From contig CBFCWN010000003.1 in the NCBI GenBank assembly GCA_965601515.1, positions 38,843 to 102,842 on the forward strand: a DNA stretch of 64,000 bases. The letters run 5' to 3'. The notes beneath the pieces are model-generated. The model searched no databases. It saw only the letters and a program-made list of their open reading frames with translations, and had not been told where the DNA came from. Position 1 is the first letter of the stretch, and every line of letters begins with the position of its first letter. Of the stretch, positions 9,526-20,768 are shown one piece after another. The position numbers and the translations under genes were made by a program. This DNA is from an uncultured Myxococcales bacterium (GTDB lineage Bacteria > Myxococcota_A > Polyangia > Polyangiales > Houyiibacteriaceae).

Positions 9526-11001
9526 GTGAGGTGGGCCAACGACCCCCGTTTGAGTTTCCGGGGCCTTGTCATGGCACTCGCGATGCTGTGCGGAGCGCAG
9601 GTGGCGTTCGGCCAGGCGACCGGCCCGAAGCCCGACCCCAAGCCCGATCCGACGACCAGCTCATCTTCCGGCTATCGCCCCGCCCCGAGCACGAACACCA
9701 AAGACGACGTGCAGGCGCTCCCCATCGACGCGCCGGCGGGAAGCAAAGTCGTCGTCATCCCCATCGATCGAACCGTGGAGCTCGGGCTCGCGGCATTCGT
9801 GCGGCGCGTGGTTGAATCCAACGAGGACGCAGCAGCGATCATCCTCGAGATCAACACGCTTGGCGGTCGCGTCGACGCGGCCATCCAGATCCGGGACGCG
9901 GTGCTGGAGGCCACCCCTCGAACGGTTGCGTTCATTCACCCGCGGGCGATCAGCGCCGGCGCGCTCATCGCACTCGCCTGCGACAACGTCATCATGAGTG
10001 AGGGCGCCACGATTGGCGCGGCCACACCCGTCCAGGCCGGCGGTGGTCAGGCCCAAGCGGTGGGCGAGAAGATGGTTTCGTACATGCGGGCCGAGATGCG
10101 CGCGACGGCCGAAGCCAACGGCCGGCGAGGCGACATCGCGGAGGCCATGGTCGACTCCGAGGTCGTCATCGACGGCATCGTCGAGCAGGGCAAGCTGCTC
10201 ACGCTGGACACCGACCAGGCGATCAAGCTCGGCATCGCGGACGGACGCGCCAACACCCTCGACGAGGTCCTCCAACAGCTCACGCTCGTCTCGCCGAAGA
10301 TCGACGTGACTGAGGTCAACTGGGGGGAGGAAATCGCTCGTTGGCTCACGGAGCCCACCATCAGCGGTCTCCTCCTGTCGGTGGGCATGCTCGGGTTGAT
10401 GGTCGCCTTTTACACTCGAAGCGTCGGTGCGTTCACCATTGCCGGCTTCATTTCACTCGCTCTCTTCTTCGGGGGCCACGCCGTCGTGAATCTCGTGGGC
10501 TGGGAAGAGGCGCTTCTATTCCTCGTCGGGGTGATCCTCGTCATCGTCGAGATCTTCTTCATCCCTGGGTTTGGCGTGCCCGGTGTGCTCGGGCTGATCT
10601 GCGTCATCACCGCGCTGGTGCTCTCGCTCGTCGCCATGCCGATCGACGTGTCGTTCGAAACCGGTCTTCTCGCCGACGCGATGACACGTGTGCTTCTGTC
10701 GTTGCTGGGGGCGTTCGTCTTGGCCCTGATCGTGATGCGCATGCTGTCGCGCACGGAGTTCGGGCGGTCGCTCGTGCTCCAAACGGCAGAGGCTGGCTGG
10801 CTCTCGACGCCACCCGCCTCCGACCTCGTTGGCCAAACCGGCAAGGCGCTCACCGACCTGAGACCCTCCGGCAAGGTCATCATCGACGGCAAGCGCTACG
10901 AAGCCAACAGCCGCCGCGAGTTCATTGCAAAGGGCGCCCGCGTGCGAGTCGTGGGCAAGGAAGGCCACGAGCTGATCGTTCGTCCGGAGGGCGACGCGTG
11001 A
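9526..11001 (+). CDS. NfeD-family membrane-bound serine protease (ClpP-class, long form)
   Basis: Signal/TM N-terminus, then a ClpP-like domain (VVVIPIDRTVELG...INTLGGRVDAA...SAGALIALACD), a multi-TM block and a C-terminal OB-like NfeD domain (GKALTDLRPSGKVIIDGKRYEA). GTG start; ATG at 9571 is an alternative. Confidence 0.85.
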   Translation: MRWANDPRLSFRGLVMALAMLCGAQVAFGQATGPKPDPKPDPTTSSSSGYRPAPSTNTKDDVQALPIDAPAGSKVVVIPIDRTVELGLAAFVRRVVESNEDAAAIILEINTLGGRVDAAIQIRDAVLEATPRTVAFIHPRAISAGALIALACDNVIMSEGATIGAATPVQAGGGQAQAVGEKMVSYMRAEMRATAEANGRRGDIAEAMVDSEVVIDGIVEQGKLLTLDTDQAIKLGIADGRANTLDEVLQQLTLVSPKIDVTEVNWGEEIARWLTEPTISGLLLSVGMLGLMVAFYTRSVGAFTIAGFISLALFFGGHAVVNLVGWEEALLFLVGVILVIVEIFFIPGFGVPGVLGLICVITALVLSLVAMPIDVSFETGLLADAMTRVLLSLLGAFVLALIVMRMLSRTEFGRSLVLQTAEAGWLSTPPASDLVGQTGKALTDLRPSGKVIIDGKRYEANSRREFIAKGARVRVVGKEGHELIVRPEGDA

Positions 11002-11468
11002 CGCCACTGGTCATCGTGATGGTGCTCGTGCTCGGACTGATTCTGCTGTTTGCGGAGGTCGCGATCGTTCCTGGTTTCGGGGTCGCGGGAATGCTCGGCA
11101 TTCTTGCTCTGGGCGCCGGCGCGGTCGCGTCGTGGACGGAGCTCGGCCCCGTCTGGGGTGGTGTGACCGGAGCCACGTCGCTGGTCGCTGCCGTCATCAT
11201 GCTCGTCTGGCTGCCGAAGAGCCGCGCCGGCAAGAAGATGGTGCTCCAACACAGTCAGATCGACGCCATGTCGCAAGAAGACCGCAGCGGCCTCCTAGGA
11301 CGACGCGGCATCACCGTTACCCCGCTGCGGCCGATCGGCCGCGTACGGTTTGGTCCTGATGAGGTCGACGTGATCACCGAGGGTGAGTACATCGATCGCG
11401 ATCAGGAAGTCGAAGTCATGGTCGTGGAGGGCGCTCGCGTCGTCGTCCGCGTCCCGGAAGCCACCTAG
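10998..11468 (+). CDS. NfeD-family protein (short form: TM helices plus C-terminal OB domain)
   Basis: GTGA overlap with the previous stop. Hydrophobic N-terminal half, then GRRGITVTPLRPIGRVRFGPDEVDVITEG. Only the 3' part of track ORF 10341..11468 is real. Confidence 0.8.
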   Translation: MTPLVIVMVLVLGLILLFAEVAIVPGFGVAGMLGILALGAGAVASWTELGPVWGGVTGATSLVAAVIMLVWLPKSRAGKKMVLQHSQIDAMSQEDRSGLLGRRGITVTPLRPIGRVRFGPDEVDVITEGEYIDRDQEVEVMVVEGARVVVRVPEAT

Positions 11469-11480
11469 GAAGGTACAAGC

Positions 11481-12467
11481 ATGTCGTTCGCACCCCTCGC
11501 GTTGATTTTTCTTCTCATCATCGTCTTCTTCGTTCTATTCGTCTGGCTGATTCCGGTACGGCTCTGGATCGCCGCGTGGTCGAGCGGGGCAGGCGTCGGG
11601 TTCGGGGAGCTCATCGGCATGCGACTTCGACGGGTCGCCCCGGGCGCGGTCGTCAATCCACGGATTGCGGCGGCGAAGGCGGGCCTCGACACCCCGACGA
11701 ACATTCTCGAGTCGCACTACCTCGCCGGCGGCAACGTCGATCGTGTCGTTAACGCGCTGATCAGCGCCGACAAGGCGGGCATTACGCTCGACTTCTCGCG
11801 GGCCGCGGCCATCGATCTTGCCGGCCGCGACGTGCTCGAGGCCGTCCAGACGAGCGTCAATCCCCGCGTCATCACCACTCCGAAGATCACCGCGGTCGCC
11901 AAGGATGGCATTCAGCTCCTCGTCGTCACCCGCATCACGGTTCGTTCGAACATCGACCGCCTCGTCGGAGGTGCGACCGAAGAAACCGTCATCGCGCGCG
12001 TTGGCGAGGGCATCGTCTCCACGATCGGCTCCTCCAACAACTACGCCGAGGTGCTCGAAAACCCAGATACGATCTCGAAGAACGTGTTGGCGCGCGGCCT
12101 CGACAGCGGAACGGCCTTCAACATCCTCTCGATCGACATCGCCGACGTCGATGTGGGCACGAACATCGGCGCCAAGCTGATGACCGAACAGGCGGAAGCC
12201 GACAAACAGGTTGCGCAGGCGCGCGCCGAGGGCCGTCGCGCTCTCGCTGTCGCGGCGGAGCAGGAGATGCTCGCGAAGGTCGAAGAGATGCGCGCACGCC
12301 TCGTCGAGGCCGAAGCGAAGATTCCCGAGGCGATGGCCCAGGCCCTTCGTGAGGGCAACCTCGGCGTGATGGACTACTACAACATCCGAAACGTCGCAGC
12401 CGACACCGAGATGCGCGACGCGATTGGCAAGGCGACGGGCGGCAAGAGTGAAGACGACCAAACCTAA
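11481..12467 (+). CDS. floA: flotillin-like protein FloA (UPF0365/YqfA)
   Basis: 328 aa, near-colinear with my recollection of B. subtilis FloA: [19 protein letters not shown]...[18 protein letters not shown]...[12 protein letters not shown]...[14 protein letters not shown]. Confidence 0.93.
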   Translation: MSFAPLALIFLLIIVFFVLFVWLIPVRLWIAAWSSGAGVGFGELIGMRLRRVAPGAVVNPRIAAAKAGLDTPTNILESHYLAGGNVDRVVNALISADKAGITLDFSRAAAIDLAGRDVLEAVQTSVNPRVITTPKITAVAKDGIQLLVVTRITVRSNIDRLVGGATEETVIARVGEGIVSTIGSSNNYAEVLENPDTISKNVLARGLDSGTAFNILSIDIADVDVGTNIGAKLMTEQAEADKQVAQARAEGRRALAVAAEQEMLAKVEEMRARLVEAEAKIPEAMAQALREGNLGVMDYYNIRNVAADTEMRDAIGKATGGKSEDDQT

Positions 12468-12609
12468 GCCTCGACCGGTTTCGAAGCTCATCGCGGACCC
12501 GCGTACCTTCGTTTCGCGTCTGATCTTGGCCGAAGTCGTCGCGAAGCGAGGTCGGGGTCCGCTCGAGCCGAAGCGGATCGTCTACGCGGCCAGGAAGCGC
12601 TGAGGCGGC

Positions 12610-14313
12610 GTGCCCGATTGGCTTCGCGAGCACATCGGCGAAATCGCGCTGGCGATCTACATCTTTTATCCGATTCTCAAACGCTGGTGGGATCGGCGAA
12701 AGAAGCGTGGCCAGGGCGAAGAAGCGCAGACCGAGGCCGACGCTCAGTCTGAGAAGACCGAACCCGCCCGGCCCCAGCAGAAGGAAACCCCGCGACCGGG
12801 GCCCTCGCGTCCCGACACTCCGCGACCCCGCCGGGCACCAGCGCCTTCCGCCGCGCGCGAAACACCGAAGCGGCCGTCGCAAACCGACTTCGTGGAGGCT
12901 GCCCTGGCCCGAGCGGACCGACTGAAAGCGGATACCTCGGCGCTTCTCACTCGGGCTGAGGCCGATCCAAGGCTCGTTCGACTCGCCCCTGCGCTTCGCG
13001 AGGACCTGCTCGCACGGATCGACGAGGTGACCCAAGCGCTCCGTCGAAGCCCGACGATCTCGACCATCGTGCAAGAAACGACGGTGCTTCAGGGGCTCGA
13101 GGAGCTTTTTCGCTACCTCTCGACGATGGCGCGACAGCGCACGAGCAGCCGCGCGTCGTTTCTCGCCGACGCCGATGCGATGGCCGACGCGTGCTACGCG
13201 CCGATCCTCGAACACGCGAGGGTGCAGGGCCTGAACCTGCGCACGAGCACGCCGGTCACGATCACCGGCGATTGGGGACTTTCGATCGTACCACGGTTCG
13301 CGTCGACGCGCGTCGCGCCGCTTCGTCTCCCCGCGGGCTTCGGCCGAGACGTGCGACGCTGGCCCGCGATCGCACATGAGGTCGCACACGACTTCTACTA
13401 CAGCCTGGACTCCATCGAAGACGGCCTCCACGAACGCCTGTCGCTGCCGTACGACGTCGCCATCCCGAGCTCCGAGCGGGAGCTCAGTCCGCAGTGGCTC
13501 CGCGAGCTTTACGGCCCTTGGATGTCGGAGATCTTCGCCGACACGCTCGGCACGGTCATGCTCGGCCCAGCTTACGTCGAGGCGATGCGCGACGCGTTTC
13601 GAAAGCCTGGCTCGCCTCAGCAGACAGCGGCGATCTTCCAAGAGGGAGGGCAGATCGACGAGCACCCGCCCGACCGGCTTCGCGTGTACATGGCGACGCG
13701 CGTGCTTCACTACCTCGGTCGGCACGACGAGGCAGAGTCGGTCTGGGAGCGATGGGAAGCCGATCACCCCGACGTCCGCTTCTATTACTTGCCGCTCGGC
13801 GGCAACTGGGTCGGACTCGCCGACGATCATCTTCACAGCATCGCGGACGACGTGGTCGATACGTTTCTCGAGCGTCCCTGGCCAGAGCTCGAAGGCTTCC
13901 AGCTTCTCAACGTGCCGGGTCTCGCCTACCTCCACGCCGATCACTCGACGGTCGAGCTCCTCGTCGACGCGCTGAGCCGGGGCGACACCGTCAGAGCCGA
14001 CCCGCGTTGGATCATCGCCGCGGCCGTACTCGCCGTCATCGCTCAGCCCACGCTCGACGACACCATCCGAGAAGCCGCGGCCCGCTCGATTCGAGGCGTC
14101 GGCGAACCCAAACCCACGCCGAGCGAACCCCGCCCGCGAGCCCGATCGCGCTCGATCGGGGCCGAGCTCCGGGCCTCCACCCGCAGCCCCGCAGCCATCG
14201 TGGAAGCCATCACCCTAGCCGCGACCCTAGGGGACACGCGGCCCCTCCAAAACCCCAACCATTCCAGAGGCTTACAAACCAACCCGCGCGATTTGCGATC
14301 GCGCCGCCGATAA
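12610..14313 (+). CDS. hypothetical membrane-anchored protein with HExxH motif (putative zinc metallopeptidase)
   Basis: 567 aa. GTG start with GAGG SD. One N-terminal TM helix (IALAIYIFYPIL), a Pro/Arg/Glu-rich linker, HEVAH at nt 13375-13389 and WMSEIFADTLG 47 residues downstream. No family recognised. Confidence 0.6.
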   Translation: MPDWLREHIGEIALAIYIFYPILKRWWDRRKKRGQGEEAQTEADAQSEKTEPARPQQKETPRPGPSRPDTPRPRRAPAPSAARETPKRPSQTDFVEAALARADRLKADTSALLTRAEADPRLVRLAPALREDLLARIDEVTQALRRSPTISTIVQETTVLQGLEELFRYLSTMARQRTSSRASFLADADAMADACYAPILEHARVQGLNLRTSTPVTITGDWGLSIVPRFASTRVAPLRLPAGFGRDVRRWPAIAHEVAHDFYYSLDSIEDGLHERLSLPYDVAIPSSERELSPQWLRELYGPWMSEIFADTLGTVMLGPAYVEAMRDAFRKPGSPQQTAAIFQEGGQIDEHPPDRLRVYMATRVLHYLGRHDEAESVWERWEADHPDVRFYYLPLGGNWVGLADDHLHSIADDVVDTFLERPWPELEGFQLLNVPGLAYLHADHSTVELLVDALSRGDTVRADPRWIIAAAVLAVIAQPTLDDTIREAAARSIRGVGEPKPTPSEPRPRARSRSIGAELRASTRSPAAIVEAITLAATLGDTRPLQNPNHSRGLQTNPRDLRSRRR

Positions 14314-14361
14314 GGGCGCGCAGGCCTATCGATCGAAGGGGCGCGGTGCTAGAGACGGAGC

Positions 14362-17300
14362 ATGGGTCTAGCCGGGTTTCACCCTGCGGTGTCGACGTGG
14401 TTCGAGCGCGAGTTTGGCACGCCCACCCCTCCGCAAGTCGAAGGCTGGCCGGCGATTCAGAGCGGTACGGATGCGCTGATCGCGTCGCCCACCGGTTCGG
14501 GCAAAACGCTGGCGGCGTTCCTCTGCGCGATCGACGACCTCGTGCGACGTGGACTGGACGGCAGTCTCGAAGACAAGGTGGGGATTCTCTACGTCTCCCC
14601 GCTGAAGGCGCTCAGCAACGACGTCGAGAAAAATCTCCAAAAGCCGCTTGAAGGGATTCGCGGCGCGCTCGAAGAGCTGGGGTACGAAGACGTCGACATC
14701 CGCACGGCCGTGCGCACCGGCGACACCCCTTCGTACCAGCGCACGAAGATGGTCAAGAAGCCGCCTCACATCTTCGTGACCACGCCGGAGTCCCTCTACA
14801 TCTTGCTCACGAGCGAAGGTGGCCGCCGCATGCTGTCGGACGTCCGCACCGTCATCGTCGACGAGATTCACGCCCTCGTCACCAACAAGCGCGGTGCCCA
14901 CCTTTCGCTTTCACTCGAGCGGCTCGAAGCCTTGGTTGGGCGAGACATCACGCGAATCGGTCTCTCGGCCACACAGAATCCAATCGAGGAGGTGGCGAAC
15001 TTCCTCGTCGGGGGGCGGGCCAAAGCCAACGATGTCCACAGGTGCCGCATCATCGACGTAGGCCACCAGCGCGACATGGACGTCGCGGTCGAGCTCCCAG
15101 GATCGCCGCTCGAAACCGTGATGTCGCACGAGGTCTTCGAAGAGATCCACGAGAAGCTGCGGGTCCTCATCGAGACGCACAACACGACGCTGGTCTTCGT
15201 CAATACCCGCAAGATCGCCGAACGGGTCACACGCCACCTGGGAGAGCTCCTTGGGGAGGAGGCCGTCGCCGCCCATCATGGAAGCCTCTCGCGAAGACAC
15301 CGGCTCGACGCCGAACGCCGCTTGAAGTCCGGCGAGCTCAAAGCCGTCGTCGCCACCGCTTCGCTCGAGCTCGGCATCGACGTGGGCGACGTCGACCTCG
15401 TGTGCCAGCTCGGTTCGCCGCATTCGGTGGCGACGTTTCTACAGCGGGTGGGGCGTTCGGGCCACTGGCACGGAGGCACCCCGAAAGGCCGTCTCTTTCC
15501 CCTCAGCAGAGACGACCTCGTCGAATGCGCCGCGCTCATGCGATGCGTCCAGCGCGTCGAGCTCGACCGCATTCAGATTCCCGAAGGCCCGCTCGACGTC
15601 CTCGCACAACAGGTCGTCGCCGCCGCTGCCGGCAGAGACGAATGGTCCGAAGCGGAGCTACTCGCCTGTGTGCGACGCGCGTGGCCCTACCGCGACGTCA
15701 GCGACGAAGCGTTCGACAAGGTCCTTCGAATGCTCTCGGAAGGTTACGCCACCAGCCGGGGTCGGCGGGGGGCCTACCTTCATCGCGACGAGGTCAACCG
15801 ACGCATCCGCCCGAGACGAAGCGCGCGGCTCACCGCCATCACCAACGGCGGAGCGATCCCCGACAACTTCGACTTCGAGGTTCGCCTCGAACCCGAGGGC
15901 CTTCGAATCGGAACGGTCAACGAAGACCTCGCGCTCGAAAGTGCGGCCGGCGATATCTTTCAGCTCGGAAATCATTCCTATCAGATTCTCGGCGTTCAGA
16001 CGGGCGTCGTACGAGTCGCGGACGCGGCCGGCGCGCCTGCCACTCTTCCGTTCTGGTTTGGCGAGGCGCCCGCTCGGTCCGACCTGCTCTCGGAGTCGGT
16101 GAACGCGATTCGCGAAGGCGTCGACGCCCGGCACCAGAACATCCCGGCCCTCCTCGACTGGCTCGTGGAAGAGACATCCATCGGTGAAATGGCCGCTCGA
16201 CAACTCGCCGAGTATCTGGTCGGCGCTCGAATCGCCCTCGACGCGATGCCCACGAAAGACACCATCGTGCTCGAACGCTTCTTCGACGAGGCGGGCGCGA
16301 TGCACCTCGTGATTCACTCGCCGGTAGGGAGCCGAATCAACCGCGCCTGGGGCCTGTCGCTTCGAAAGCGGTTTTGCCGCAGCTTCAACGTCGAGCTTCA
16401 AGCGGCGGCGATCGAAGACGCCATCATCCTATCTCTCGGCCCGACGCACAGCTTTCCGCTCGAAGACGTGTTTCGCTTTCTGCAGCCAGACAACGTTCGC
16501 GGCGTGCTGATCCAAGCCATGCTCGACGCGCCGATGTTCCAAACCCGATGGCGGTGGAACGCCACGCGCGCGCTCGCTCTCCTCCGATTCCGCGGCGGAA
16601 AGAAGGTCCCCCCCTATTTTCAGCGGACCGAAGCGGAGGACCTCCTCGCCCTGTGCTTCCCGGATCAAGTCGCGTGCCTCGAAAACGTCGCAGGCGATCG
16701 CGACATCCCAGATCACCCGCTTGTAGAGCAAACCATCGAGGATTGCCTTCACCAGGCGATGGACATCGACGGGCTCGAACGGTTCCTCCGCCGCATGCAG
16801 GCGGGAGAGCTCACGCTGCTCGCTCGCGACCTGACCGAGCCCTCCCCGCTTGCTCAGGAGATCCTGACCGCCAAGCCCTACGCCTACCTCGACGATGCAC
16901 CTCTCGAGGAGCGCCGAACCCACGCCGTCATGACGCGACGCTGGCTCGACCCGGAGCGCGCCAGCGACCTTGGTGCGCTCGACCAAGCCGCCATCGACGG
17001 GGTTAGAACGGAAGCGTGGCCCGAGCCCCGCGACGCCGAGGAGATGCACGATTCGTTGTTGCTTCACCACCTGCTCACCGAAGCGGAGGCCATCGAAGGC
17101 GGCTGGGGCGAGTGGCTCAACACGTTGTCCGAGTCGGGGCGGGCGACGCGCCTTCTCCTCGACGATGGCGCGCATTGGGCAGCCGCAGAACGCGTCCCGA
17201 TGGTGTCGGCGGCCTTCCCGGAGGGAAAGCTGGCCCACCAGGTGACCGTCCCCGAGCGCTTCGTGGCCGAAACCTGGTCCCACGCGGACGCGGTCACGGA

Positions 17301-18636
17301 GATCGTTCGAGGCCGTATGCAGGCGAGCGGCCCGATCACCGTGACGGAGCTCGCGCAGACGCTGAGGCTCGAGCGGGGCGCCATCGACGTCGCGCTCACG
17401 AGCCTCGAGGGCGAAGGCTTCGTACTCCAAGGTTCGTTCAGTCCGGCCGCCGAGGAGACGGAGTGGTGTGAGAGAGGCCTCCTGGCGCGCATCCATCGCT
17501 ACACGTTGAACCGCCTACGCAAAGAGATCGAAGCCGTGAGCGCGGCCGACTTCTTGCGGTTCCTTCTCCGGTGGCAGCACGCCGCACCCGACTCGCGCAT
17601 GGAAGGCCCCGAAGGCCTGGCGGCGATCCTCGAGCAGCTCGAAGGAATGGAAGCCGGCGCGGCGGCGTGGGAGTCCGACGTGTTGCCCGTACGAATGGAG
17701 GGGTACGATCCGAGCTGGCTCGACCAGCTGTGCATGTCGGGCCGCGTGACCTGGAGTCGACGCACTCCGCCATCCGGCCGCGCATCGAGCCCCATTCGTA
17801 CGAGCCCGCTCGCGTTCTCTCGAAGGTCGGAAGCCGCTACGTGGCGTTTCCGTTCAGGGTCGGACGAGCTCCTCAGCAGTGACGCCGCGTTCGTGCTTGA
17901 AACGCTTCGCGCCTCGGGCGCAAGCTTCTTCGACGACATCTCCCAAGCCGCCGGACTCTTGCCCACGCAAACCGAAACCGCTCTGGGCGAGTTGGTCTCT
18001 CTCGGTCTCGTGACCGCGGATGGGTTCACCGGGCTTCGAGCACTTCTCGCACCCGACCCCAAGCGCCAACGACGAGGACGCCGTGCCGCTGCGGCGTACA
18101 GCATGGAAGCCGCCGGACGCTGGACCGTGCTTCCGGACGCCCCGGACGAGCACGACATCGAAAGCATCGCGTGGTCGCTGCTGAAGCGCTGGGGAGTCGT
18201 GTTTCGCCGCCTTCTCGATCGAGAAGGCGACCTTCCCCCTTGGTACGAGCTCCTCCGCGTCTACCGTCGACTCGAAGCGCAGGGGCGTATTCGAGGTGGA
18301 CGCTTCGTCTCCGGTTTTGCCGGGGAACAGTACGCGCTTCCGGAAGCCATCCCTGCCCTTCGCAAGACCCGGCGCGCCGAAAAGAAAGGCGAGCTGGTGT
18401 CGATCAGCGCTGCCGACCCGCTCAATCTCGTCGGGATTCTCACACCGGGCCGCCGAGTCGCCGCGATCCCGCGCAATCGCATTCTCTTCCGGGACGGGCT
18501 CCCGATCGCCGTCCGCGAGGGAAGCGACACCGAGTTCCTCGTCGAACCGGAGGAACAGCGCTGGGCTCTCACCAAGGCGCTCCAACGGCAGCCCGTTCCA
18601 CGCGCAGTCCAAGCGTACCTCGGTTCACGGCCGTAA
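14362..18636 (+). CDS. lhr: ATP-dependent DEAD/DEAH-box helicase, Lhr family
   Basis: 1424 aa. Walker [13 protein letters not shown] box, helicase C motifs (QRVGRSGH) and the long Lhr-type C-terminal extension. Confidence 0.9.
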   Translation: MGLAGFHPAVSTWFEREFGTPTPPQVEGWPAIQSGTDALIASPTGSGKTLAAFLCAIDDLVRRGLDGSLEDKVGILYVSPLKALSNDVEKNLQKPLEGIRGALEELGYEDVDIRTAVRTGDTPSYQRTKMVKKPPHIFVTTPESLYILLTSEGGRRMLSDVRTVIVDEIHALVTNKRGAHLSLSLERLEALVGRDITRIGLSATQNPIEEVANFLVGGRAKANDVHRCRIIDVGHQRDMDVAVELPGSPLETVMSHEVFEEIHEKLRVLIETHNTTLVFVNTRKIAERVTRHLGELLGEEAVAAHHGSLSRRHRLDAERRLKSGELKAVVATASLELGIDVGDVDLVCQLGSPHSVATFLQRVGRSGHWHGGTPKGRLFPLSRDDLVECAALMRCVQRVELDRIQIPEGPLDVLAQQVVAAAAGRDEWSEAELLACVRRAWPYRDVSDEAFDKVLRMLSEGYATSRGRRGAYLHRDEVNRRIRPRRSARLTAITNGGAIPDNFDFEVRLEPEGLRIGTVNEDLALESAAGDIFQLGNHSYQILGVQTGVVRVADAAGAPATLPFWFGEAPARSDLLSESVNAIREGVDARHQNIPALLDWLVEETSIGEMAARQLAEYLVGARIALDAMPTKDTIVLERFFDEAGAMHLVIHSPVGSRINRAWGLSLRKRFCRSFNVELQAAAIEDAIILSLGPTHSFPLEDVFRFLQPDNVRGVLIQAMLDAPMFQTRWRWNATRALALLRFRGGKKVPPYFQRTEAEDLLALCFPDQVACLENVAGDRDIPDHPLVEQTIEDCLHQAMDIDGLERFLRRMQAGELTLLARDLTEPSPLAQEILTAKPYAYLDDAPLEERRTHAVMTRRWLDPERASDLGALDQAAIDGVRTEAWPEPRDAEEMHDSLLLHHLLTEAEAIEGGWGEWLNTLSESGRATRLLLDDGAHWAAAERVPMVSAAFPEGKLAHQVTVPERFVAETWSHADAVTEIVRGRMQASGPITVTELAQTLRLERGAIDVALTSLEGEGFVLQGSFSPAAEETEWCERGLLARIHRYTLNRLRKEIEAVSAADFLRFLLRWQHAAPDSRMEGPEGLAAILEQLEGMEAGAAAWESDVLPVRMEGYDPSWLDQLCMSGRVTWSRRTPPSGRASSPIRTSPLAFSRRSEAATWRFRSGSDELLSSDAAFVLETLRASGASFFDDISQAAGLLPTQTETALGELVSLGLVTADGFTGLRALLAPDPKRQRRGRRAAAAYSMEAAGRWTVLPDAPDEHDIESIAWSLLKRWGVVFRRLLDREGDLPPWYELLRVYRRLEAQGRIRGGRFVSGFAGEQYALPEAIPALRKTRRAEKKGELVSISAADPLNLVGILTPGRRVAAIPRNRILFRDGLPIAVREGSDTEFLVEPEEQRWALTKALQRQPVPRAVQAYLGSRP

Positions 18637-18652
18637 GCGTCAACGCCCAATT

Positions 18653-20428
18653 TCAAGGCGGACTCAGCGCTACGAGAGTACCCGTGCTTGGGAGGTCTTC
18701 GTCCGCATCGACGAAGTCGACGTGACCCTCCGCGTCGATCACGAACAACGGAGTCGCATCCATGCCGTACTCGTCGCGCACGTCCTCCATCGTCTTACCG
18801 TCGAGCTCGATCTCGCGCGTGAGACCACCCGACTTTGCCAACGCTTCAAGCTTGTCGAGGGTCGCGCCCGCGGCGAACCAGTGCGCCTGGAGCTCGCTTG
18901 CATATTCGGGAAGCGGTCCGCCGAGGTCGGTACTGGGCTGAATCTGAAAAACGTTTGCTTCGTCGAAAAGGCGGGCAAAGTGGGTGGCCGCCAACGTGTT
19001 GACGTCGTCGTTGGGAGTCAGCGCGACGAACTGTCCGATGCCGTCCAAATTCAGATCCCGGAGCACCCGGCGGGAGAGAATTTCGCCGCGCCTCGAGAGC
19101 AGACCGAGACGGCGCGCCTCTTCGATCTTCGCGCCGTCGGAGTCGACCAGGAGCACGCGGATGTCGTGACGGCCCAGGGCCTGAGCGAGACTTCGACCCA
19201 CGCGGCCGGCTCCGACGATGAGAACGCCCTGAGGCTCCGACTGTGCCAGCCCCAAGCCCTGGACCAACGGCACGGCAAGCAAACCAGATACCAGGACGGT
19301 CGATGCAATGACTGCAAACGTCACGGGCATGAGCATCGAAGCCGCTTCGTAACCCATGTCGACGAGTTCGAGGGCGAACAGCGACGAGACGGCGGCAGCG
19401 ACGACTCCTCGTGGAGCCATGGCTGCTAGAAATAGTTTCTCGTTGCGCTGGAGTCCCGATCCGACACTGGCAAGAGCAACGGAGGCCGGTCGCGCAATGA
19501 GAATGACGACGGCGACGAAGCCCGCCGCAGCCGCCGGCAGTCCGGTCAGATCGCTAACCTCCATCCTCGCCGTGAGGAGGATGAAGAGTACCGAGATGAG
19601 GATGATGCGGGCGTGCTCCGTAAACTCGAGGCTTTGCTCCATGTCGACGCGATTCTGCGACGCAAGCGCGATGCCCATGACGGTCACCGCGAGCAGCCCT
19701 GACTCTGCCTGGATGTGATTCGCAGCGGCGAACACCACCAACACGAACGGCACGACGACGGCGTTGTGCAGGAAGCCCGGCAACATGTCGCGCTCGCGAA
19801 ACTTCACGAAGATTCGAGCGGCAACGTAGCCGAGCAACCCACTGATGAGCGCGGCCTTGATGATGCCAATCGCAGCTGCGGAGAGTGCTTGCTCTGCCTC
19901 CTCTGCTCGGATGCCCTGAAAGACAAGGACCGCAAGGATCGCGCCGATGGGGTCGTTGATGATCCCTTCGAGCTTGAGAACCGAACCGATGTCGCCGCGC
20001 GGTCGGGCGTGGCGCAGGATTGGGCCGATCACCGTGGGCCCGGTAACGACGAGAATGGCCCCGAGCAACAGCGAAAGCTCGACGGAAAGCCCAAGGAGCA
20101 GGTGAGCGGCAAACGTGAGCACCGACCACGTCACCGGAATGCCAATGATGATCAAACGCCGCACCGGTACGGCGACTCCTCGGATTTCCTCCCAACTCGC
20201 GGTCAGCCCCCCTTCGAAGAGAACAATCGCCGCGGCGAGCGATACGAAAGGGAACGTGAGTGAGCCAAGCACTTCGTCCGGCTCGAAGAACCCCGTGAGC
20301 GGTCCGGCAACGAACCCGGTTGCAAGGAGGACGAGGATAGAGGGAATGCGTAAGCGCCACGCGAGCCATTGGGACAGCGCGCCCAGGGCGACGAGAGTCA
20401 CAATCCCGTTGAGAGTCTCTTCGTGCAT
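18653..20428 (-). CDS. cation:proton antiporter (CPA1/NhaP-type) with C-terminal RCK (TrkA-N/TrkA-C) domain
   Basis: 591 aa. About 400-aa polytopic N-terminal domain, then the Rossmann motif VLIVGAGRVGRSLAQAL...VLLVDSD. Confidence 0.85.
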   Translation of the reverse strand: MHEETLNGIVTLVALGALSQWLAWRLRIPSILVLLATGFVAGPLTGFFEPDEVLGSLTFPFVSLAAAIVLFEGGLTASWEEIRGVAVPVRRLIIIGIPVTWSVLTFAAHLLLGLSVELSLLLGAILVVTGPTVIGPILRHARPRGDIGSVLKLEGIINDPIGAILAVLVFQGIRAEEAEQALSAAAIGIIKAALISGLLGYVAARIFVKFRERDMLPGFLHNAVVVPFVLVVFAAANHIQAESGLLAVTVMGIALASQNRVDMEQSLEFTEHARIILISVLFILLTARMEVSDLTGLPAAAAGFVAVVILIARPASVALASVGSGLQRNEKLFLAAMAPRGVVAAAVSSLFALELVDMGYEAASMLMPVTFAVIASTVLVSGLLAVPLVQGLGLAQSEPQGVLIVGAGRVGRSLAQALGRHDIRVLLVDSDGAKIEEARRLGLLSRRGEILSRRVLRDLNLDGIGQFVALTPNDDVNTLAATHFARLFDEANVFQIQPSTDLGGPLPEYASELQAHWFAAGATLDKLEALAKSGGLTREIELDGKTMEDVRDEYGMDATPLFVIDAEGHVDFVDADEDLPSTGTLVALSPP

Positions 20429-20499
20429 CCGTTACCGCCTCGATGCGGCCCGAAGAAGAGACCATTGCCCGCCGACCGCCCTCGTTCTAGTTAAAAGGA

Positions 20500-20748
20500 G
20501 TGATTCCGGAAGAAATCGATCTGGCCGAGCTTCGGTCACGCCTCGCCCAACGCTTTGCAAGCCTGAAGCCAGCGGGATACGTCGAAGGCAAGGGAGAGCT
20601 TCGAGACGCCGTGCGTGAGTTGCTGCGCTGCTCGGACCTTGAAGCCGAGCAGCTCGTCGACACATTGGAAGCGCGAGGCCTCATTCGCTATGACGGTGAC
20701 CCCGAAAACGAGGTCGACCGTCTTGAACGACACTGGCAGCTGGGCTGA
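20500..20748 (+). CDS. small hypothetical protein (82 aa)
   Basis: ORF with acceptable codon bias. GTG start directly abutting AAAGGAG, which is poor spacing. No recognisable family. Confidence 0.4.
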   Translation: MIPEEIDLAELRSRLAQRFASLKPAGYVEGKGELRDAVRELLRCSDLEAEQLVDTLEARGLIRYDGDPENEVDRLERHWQLG

Positions 20749-20768
20749 GAACGAACGTACCGTCTCGA

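Noticed and set aside
12118-13944. 608-aa minus-strand ORF, and the 385-aa plus-strand ORF at 13494..14651
   Set aside because: They are antisense or out of frame relative to floA and the HExxH gene. Their composition is Arg-rich and low-complexity, with no start context. The forward frame has an SD, a TM helix and motif structure.
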